Positions 9,501 through 12,369 of a DNA stretch of 12,369 nt are shown in pieces. The notes below the pieces were generated by a model. The model had not been told where the DNA came from. It searched no databases and was given only the letters and a program-made list of their open reading frames with translations. Each line of letters opens with the position of its first letter. The first letter of the stretch is position 1. A program made the position numbers and the translations under genes. The stretch comes from Polyangiales bacterium (GTDB lineage: Bacteria > Myxococcota_A > Polyangia > Polyangiales > Polyangiaceae): contig JBBRNJ010000136.1 in assembly GCA_038230375.1 (NCBI GenBank), positions 1-12,369 on the forward strand, given 5' to 3'.

Positions 9501-10279
9501 AGAGCGCGCTCTTCGCTGACGGACAGGTGAAGGTGCTTCCGGCGCAGCTCGGTGAGAGTGAGCCCGACGAGATCGATCTGCGGCTCGTGCTCGACAAGAA
9601 CGGCGACGCCAAGGGCGACCTCACCATTCTGCTCCGCGGGCGCACCGCGCAGGACATCGCCGAGGCCTTCGAGCTCGTCGTGGGTGACGAGCGTGAACGC
9701 GTTCTTCGCGGCGTGGTGCTCGGCTGGGTCCCGTACGCGAGCGTGGACACCGTGAGCCTCTCCTCGAGCGAGGGCAGCTCGCAGGTCGCCGTGCGCGCAA
9801 GCCTCACGGTTCCCGGCTATGCGCAGGCCGAAGGACGTACGTCGCGCCCATCCGACAAGCCATCCGACAAGAGTGGCGACAAGGCGGAAGACCGCAGGCA
9901 CTTCCTGCCAGGGCTCGACCCCGTGCACTATGTTTACCCGCGCCCGTACACCACGACGCTCAGCTCCACCTACGCCACGCAGGCGGGGCGGAAGAGCGCT
10001 TTTGCGATCAACCGCGCGCTGCTCGTACACGTTCACCGCCGCGTGGAGCTGCCCGACGGCGCGAAGATCATTCGCGTACCGGGACCGTTCGATGCGAAGC
10101 GACCCAACCTGAAGGCGTCACGCGCCGTCACCGTACAGAAGTCCGTCATCGAGGAGGACTTCAAGCTGAGCGTGCCATCCGGCACCGTCAGTGCGTCTGA
10201 CTACGCGGACTTTGTCACGCAGCTTCACAACGCGGACGACGCCTTCCTCACGAGCATCAGGGTGAAGCTGACGAAGTGA
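6509..10279 (+). CDS. Lipoprotein paralogue of the upstream gene: DUF3857-like plus degenerate transglutaminase-like domain lacking the catalytic Cys, 1256 aa
   Basis: Start overlaps the upstream stop (ATGA 6509-6512). Lipobox MKKLSLCLGALILAA|C (Cys16, 6554-6556). DUF3857-like segment ILDREERYELTDAG...RRRILKKDGRVLTPE...LAQLETGDAVEAIY (~8410-8900). Core reads FLASHEGSRTFM (no GDC), FSHPLLLV (His948) and VWLDLD (Asp978). C-terminus VELPDGAKIIRVP...VSASDYADF parallels the upstream protein. Confidence 0.85.
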   Translation: MKKLSLCLGALILAACGGPPGAVAPKATGSATAQNAALVSAMELEVHGDQEAAARAYLDVLVASSSSSDALAVARAVAASDALVSRSPIPGIHGALLDRTATQPRATLESAYAGATGPFGKGIIARTLTRIAENAGDPVAAETWRARGGCVRSAAMFGPVSWSSVLATGEADPLAEPGTPMPAEARSEAAMLRVVKRVDYTDRGCFIDAAAVSDEGGVREILVDVDVPRAGTVGVVLHSLSNAVLRAQGRMIVTRGYDEGGELVSTYGTFSATAGTVRLAVRVGLESRGQGVEVDVFGADGAPLATHAPAAGSVATSKVSDEAEIAATLSTPADTLVASAFALASGRGRRVERLLTEKPLKGKEAPLANVLLARALTSATDLPPVERAERQRAVVETVLTQWPDAWEQIALHAALAAQRKGAGEAKLEALADLDAHKGKATPSGAPLLALFEAMLAAEARIYDRTNVALTRAQAPLGKTGIFAEATARVVPRTPRESIDVFCNSPYKADYACYHTLTANAEWDRARAELARLRALLGAPKGLMGAEATLAIGRGDRELAKRISKDALPGERTIALSLLAGDTGGSPLDLARTAPDSPRALLWAESWTNASPLAAFAGRAEAAVAKSKTEKGGDAATTILDREERYELTDAGVLHYVVFDVRKVSGTADVESNAQAGAPALFGRDASRVLRRRILKKDGRVLTPEQTPHAQQQHADLAQLETGDAVEAIYEGIALPGDNGAIAFDSPDLLPARTAVRSATVTVTLPASLRDRLIAHPMLGAAKEKASGANVELRYALTDAPVRRLEDGVPRMDRSVGIVFSSASWGGLARAIGETERSLEGASTELAALAALLAADKTDREKIDHVVTLTGQRLKQGLPGAFADFEGQRPSGGQSVQLRTFLASHEGSRTFMAKKVLAAVNVPSEIVVAESEPFSANPQMVPHVGRFSHPLLLVHPQTPPATPGTSAGAGEKRDDVWLDLDVPGPPLPAGRVSPELRGKSALFADGQVKVLPAQLGESEPDEIDLRLVLDKNGDAKGDLTILLRGRTAQDIAEAFELVVGDERERVLRGVVLGWVPYASVDTVSLSSSEGSSQVAVRASLTVPGYAQAEGRTSRPSDKPSDKSGDKAEDRRHFLPGLDPVHYVYPRPYTTTLSSTYATQAGRKSAFAINRALLVHVHRRVELPDGAKIIRVPGPFDAKRPNLKASRAVTVQKSVIEEDFKLSVPSGTVSASDYADFVTQLHNADDAFLTSIRVKLTK
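9848..9883 (+). repeat. In-frame 12-bp tandem repeat (PSDK-PSDK-SGDK)
   Basis: CCATCCGACAAG (9848-9859) and CCATCCGACAAG (9860-9871) are exact copies; AGTGGCGACAAG (9872-9883) is degenerate. Confidence 0.85.
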
Positions 10280-10301
10280 TCTCGAACGGAAGTTCGCGGT
10301 C
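10278..10301. terminator. Hairpin in the 30-bp gap between convergent genes; possible terminator or 3' stabilising stem (no U-tract)
   Basis: GATCTCGAAC-GGAA-GTTCGCGGTC: on the plus-strand RNA, a 10-bp stem with one mismatch and one G-U pair, closed by a GNRA tetraloop, directly after the stop at 10277-10279. Confidence 0.4.
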
Positions 10302-10309
10302 GCTCCGTC

Positions 10310-11818
10310 TCACTTCACCTTCAGGGTGAGCTCCACCTGACCGAGCGCGTCTCGCACCAGCTTCGTCATGCGCGCCTCTGACTCGGGCGGCGTCGTGCTG
10401 ACGCGACGGACCTGCTCGGAGACCTGCAGGAGCAGGCCCCGCAGATCTGCGATCTGCTCCTCCACCTGCCCAAGCCGGGCCATCACGCGCGCCTCGGACT
10501 CCCGAACGATCTTCGTCATCGCCGCTGCCTCCCCCATCTCTTCGCGCAGATCTTCGACCCTCACCTTCGGTGGGGTAACCGTGGTCTTGTCGCGCTCCTT
10601 CCGGTTGACCATACGGATGTCGGAGCCCTCCTTGGGGGGGTCCACCAGGCCCGTCGGTTGAAGCGTGGGCTGCAGCGCCGGCTGCGCCTGCGCAAGGGCC
10701 GCGGCGTTGAGTCCCGCGGCGTGGCCACCCACGAGCGGCAGACCGATGGCCTCCTCGGGGACTGCTTCCCGCGAACCGCCGAGGCTGAGCGGCGTGAGCA
10801 GCGGGCGGTCATGGCGCTCTGCGCGGGGCGCCGGCGTGAGGTTGATGAGGCTGTCGGAACGAGGAAGCGTCAAGAGCGCCGCGGGCATCAGCCGCTGCGT
10901 CGCGTGCTCCGTCGGTCCCGTGCCCTTCCTTGCGCCCTTCTCGGGAGCGTTCTCGTGAGGCTTCTCGATCACGCGTGGTTCGGAGATTGGCTGCGCGCGC
11001 GGCTCCGAGCGTGGCTTCGAAGGCGACGGGTCGGACCCGCGCTTCTCGGCGCGAGGAGAGTCGTGGCTGCGATGAGAGCTCGAGGCCGCGAACTCCTCGG
11101 CCGCAACGGGTCCGGGCGTGTGCTTCACGCGCCGCGGAAGTAGACCGCACGCGCCGAACGCCTCTGGCAGAGCGATCGACTCGATGCGCGAGATCTCGGC
11201 CGCGCTGAGCGGCTCCCCACCACCGGTACGTGTCACGTCGCCGAGCGTCCGGATCGCGCGACGCGTGATGTCGAGGAGCGTCGGGCCCACGCCTGCCGCT
11301 CCCTTTGCCACCGCCTCCACGATCGGGAAGCCACCCATGCCGAGTCGGGCGCGCAGATCGTCACCGTGCATCGCATTCGGAAGGTCGCGCTTGTTCAGCT
11401 GGATGACGAGGGGCACGCGATCGCGGGAGAGCCCGAGCGCTTGCAGGTGCTCGGACAGCTCCGCCCATGCCGTGCGGTTCTCGCCGAGCTTGTCCGGCCC
11501 CGAGTCGAGGATGAACACGATGCCGTCTGCATCGCGCAGCAGACGCCGCTTGGTGGTGTCCTGCTTTGGCTTGCCAGGCACGGCATACACCTGCAGTCGA
11601 ACGTCGTACGCGGCGCCATGACCCGCGCGTATGGGGGTCCAGTCGAACATGAGCGTGCGGTCGCCGTCGTGGTCGAGGGAGATGAGGTCGGTCGGACGAG
11701 CCTCCGTCGAGGTGCGCGCGCGCAAGGTCTCCAGGTTCGTGGTCTTGCCCACGCCAGCTGCGCCGAAGTAGACGATCTTCAGCGAGACGATGCGGGCTGA
11801 GTCGCTGACCTTACCCAT
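10310..11818 (-). CDS. MglA-family small GTPase paralogue (orphan, no mglB) with long Pro-rich linker and C-terminal coiled coil, ~502 aa
   Basis: G1 KIVYFGAAGVGKTTNL, switch I DGDRTLMFDW, switch II LQVYAVPGK, then ADGIVFILDS, G4 QLNKRDLPNA and G5-region EAVAKGAAGVGPTL. All are collinear with M. xanthus MglA (KIVYYGPGLCGKTTNL, ETDRTLFFDF, LYTVPGQ, VDGVVFVADS, NKRDLPNA). ATG 11818 puts G19/K25/T26 in exactly MglA register, so it is preferred over 11875. No gene symbol is given because this is a divergent paralogue. Confidence 0.88.
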   Translation of the reverse strand: MGKVSDSARIVSLKIVYFGAAGVGKTTNLETLRARTSTEARPTDLISLDHDGDRTLMFDWTPIRAGHGAAYDVRLQVYAVPGKPKQDTTKRRLLRDADGIVFILDSGPDKLGENRTAWAELSEHLQALGLSRDRVPLVIQLNKRDLPNAMHGDDLRARLGMGGFPIVEAVAKGAAGVGPTLLDITRRAIRTLGDVTRTGGGEPLSAAEISRIESIALPEAFGACGLLPRRVKHTPGPVAAEEFAASSSHRSHDSPRAEKRGSDPSPSKPRSEPRAQPISEPRVIEKPHENAPEKGARKGTGPTEHATQRLMPAALLTLPRSDSLINLTPAPRAERHDRPLLTPLSLGGSREAVPEEAIGLPLVGGHAAGLNAAALAQAQPALQPTLQPTGLVDPPKEGSDIRMVNRKERDKTTVTPPKVRVEDLREEMGEAAAMTKIVRESEARVMARLGQVEEQIADLRGLLLQVSEQVRRVSTTPPESEARMTKLVRDALGQVELTLKVK

Positions 11819-11903
11819 AGATGTTGATGACCACCGTTCCCCCGAAAAATGTGACGCCCAAGAAGTCCCCCCCATAACGATGCGAGATCCGTGACAAGGG
11901 CGC

Positions 11904-11919
11904 GGTCACCAGGGTGACC
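11904..11919. promoter_or_regulatory. Perfect inverted repeat GGTCACC-ag-GGTGACC, candidate transcription-factor site
   Basis: 7-bp arms with a 2-nt spacer (too short for an RNA loop) in the divergent mglA-like/sucC intergenic region. Confidence 0.4.
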
Positions 11920-11960
11920 ACCTATTTTGGCTCAAAAACCCAAACGGTCCAGGTCGAGCT

Positions 11961-12000
11961 TGTTCGGCCAGTCGAACACCTGTTCGGCCAATCGAACAAC
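11961..12000. repeat. Tandem 20-bp direct repeat, each unit a TGTTCG-N6-CGAACA palindrome; candidate double operator
   Basis: tgttcggccagtcgaacacc (11961-11980) and tgttcggccaatcgaacaac (11981-12000) match at 18 of 20 positions. Confidence 0.85.
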
Positions 12001-12044
12001 TTCTCGGACACCCGCTGTTCTAGGCCCCGCCGGCCAGGTGGCCA

Positions 12045-12055
12045 TGTGGTAGCGT
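12045..12055 (+). promoter_or_regulatory. Candidate extended -10 element for sucC
   Basis: TGTGgTAGCGT fits TRTGn-TAnnnT and ends 36 nt before the GTG start. No clear -35 element is visible. Confidence 0.35.
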
Positions 12056-12078
12056 GCCCGCCGTTTCGAACATGCGCT

Positions 12079-12083
12079 GGAGG
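12079..12083 (+). promoter_or_regulatory. Shine-Dalgarno site of sucC
   Basis: GGAGG 8 nt upstream of GTG 12092. Confidence 0.75.
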
Positions 12084-12091
12084 CGAGAGCA

Positions 12092-12369
12092 GTGAAGATC
12101 CACGAGTATCAGGCCAAGGTCATCTTCGCGAAGTACGGCGTGCCCATCCCGAAGGGCTACCCTGCGTTCACCGTAGAAGAGGCGGAGGCGGCGGCCAACA
12201 AGCTCGTCGCGGAGACAAAGAGCCAGGTCCTCGTCGTGAAGGCGCAGATCCACGCGGGCGGTCGCGGCAAGGGCGGCGGCGTGAAGGTCGCCAAGGGCGG
12301 CGCGGCGGAGGTGAAGGAGCTCGCGAGCAAGATCCTCGGCATGCAGCTCGTCACGCACCAGACCGGGCC
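12092..12369 (+). CDS. sucC: Succinate--CoA ligase (ADP-forming) beta subunit, N-terminal 92 codons (runs off the right edge)
   Basis: Manual translation from GTG 12092: [22 protein letters not shown]...[20 protein letters not shown]...[12 protein letters not shown], the canonical SucC N-terminus. Absent from the ORF track. Confidence 0.97.
   Translation, partial: MKIHEYQAKVIFAKYGVPIPKGYPAFTVEEAEAAANKLVAETKSQVLVVKAQIHAGGRGKGGGVKVAKGGAAEVKELASKILGMQLVTHQTG

Noticed and set aside
5556..11572. Idea that the Gln-to-Lys GTPase is a self-resistant target of the neighbouring transglutaminase-like enzyme (by analogy to CNF1/DNT modifying Rho Gln61/63)
   Set aside because: The enzyme is predicted to be exported while the GTPase is cytoplasmic, the genes are convergent rather than co-operonic, and CNF1/DNT have a different fold. 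Only adjacency supports it.
10310..11818. Calling the GTPase mglA or sofG outright
   Set aside because: No mglB neighbour, catalytic Gln missing, divergent motifs and a long C-terminal tail; orthology cannot be established without a tree.
11819..11875. 19-codon N-terminal extension of the GTPase ORF
   Set aside because: ATG 11818 matches MglA numbering exactly (G19, K25). The SD is weak for either start, so this is a preference rather than proof.
11961..12000. Mini-CRISPR or terminator interpretation of the palindromic repeats
   Set aside because: The units abut with no unique spacers and no cas genes are present; they lie between divergent gene starts and lack U-tracts.
12020..12358. Minus-strand ORFs 12020..12358 and 12157..12354
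   Set aside because: They are antisense shadows of sucC.
1..12369. Mobile elements, tRNA/rRNA, CRISPR arrays or defence systems
   Set aside because: No transposase, integrase, nuclease or RNA-gene signatures were recognised, and the coding space is accounted for by six genes.

Overview
GC-rich bacterial chromosomal window, probably Myxococcota (Polyangia-like), judged from an MglA-family GTPase and a Pro-rich TM/PEGA-like protein. Two TCA-cycle genes run off the edges pointing outward and are missing from the ORF track: icd (minus strand, start 481) and sucC (plus strand, start 12092). Four accessory genes lie between them. (1) A Pro-rich single-pass membrane protein with a small C-terminal PEGA-like domain (minus strand). 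(2) and (3) A translationally coupled pair (ATGA overlap) of ~1240-1260 aa exported paralogues with DUF3857-like, transglutaminase-like and C-terminal beta domains. The first keeps a Cys-His-Asp triad; the second is a lipoprotein that has lost the catalytic Cys. (4) An orphan MglA-like GTPase with no mglB, Lys in place of the catalytic Gln, and a ~310 aa disordered/coiled-coil tail. The mglA-like/sucC intergenic region holds a tandem pair of palindromes, and the same CGAAC-N4-GTTCG dyad occurs on both sides of the GTPase gene. The best candidates for undescribed biology are the enzyme/pseudo-enzyme envelope pair and the predicted hydrolysis-impaired MglA paralogue. All domain calls come from motif recognition by eye, not from searches.
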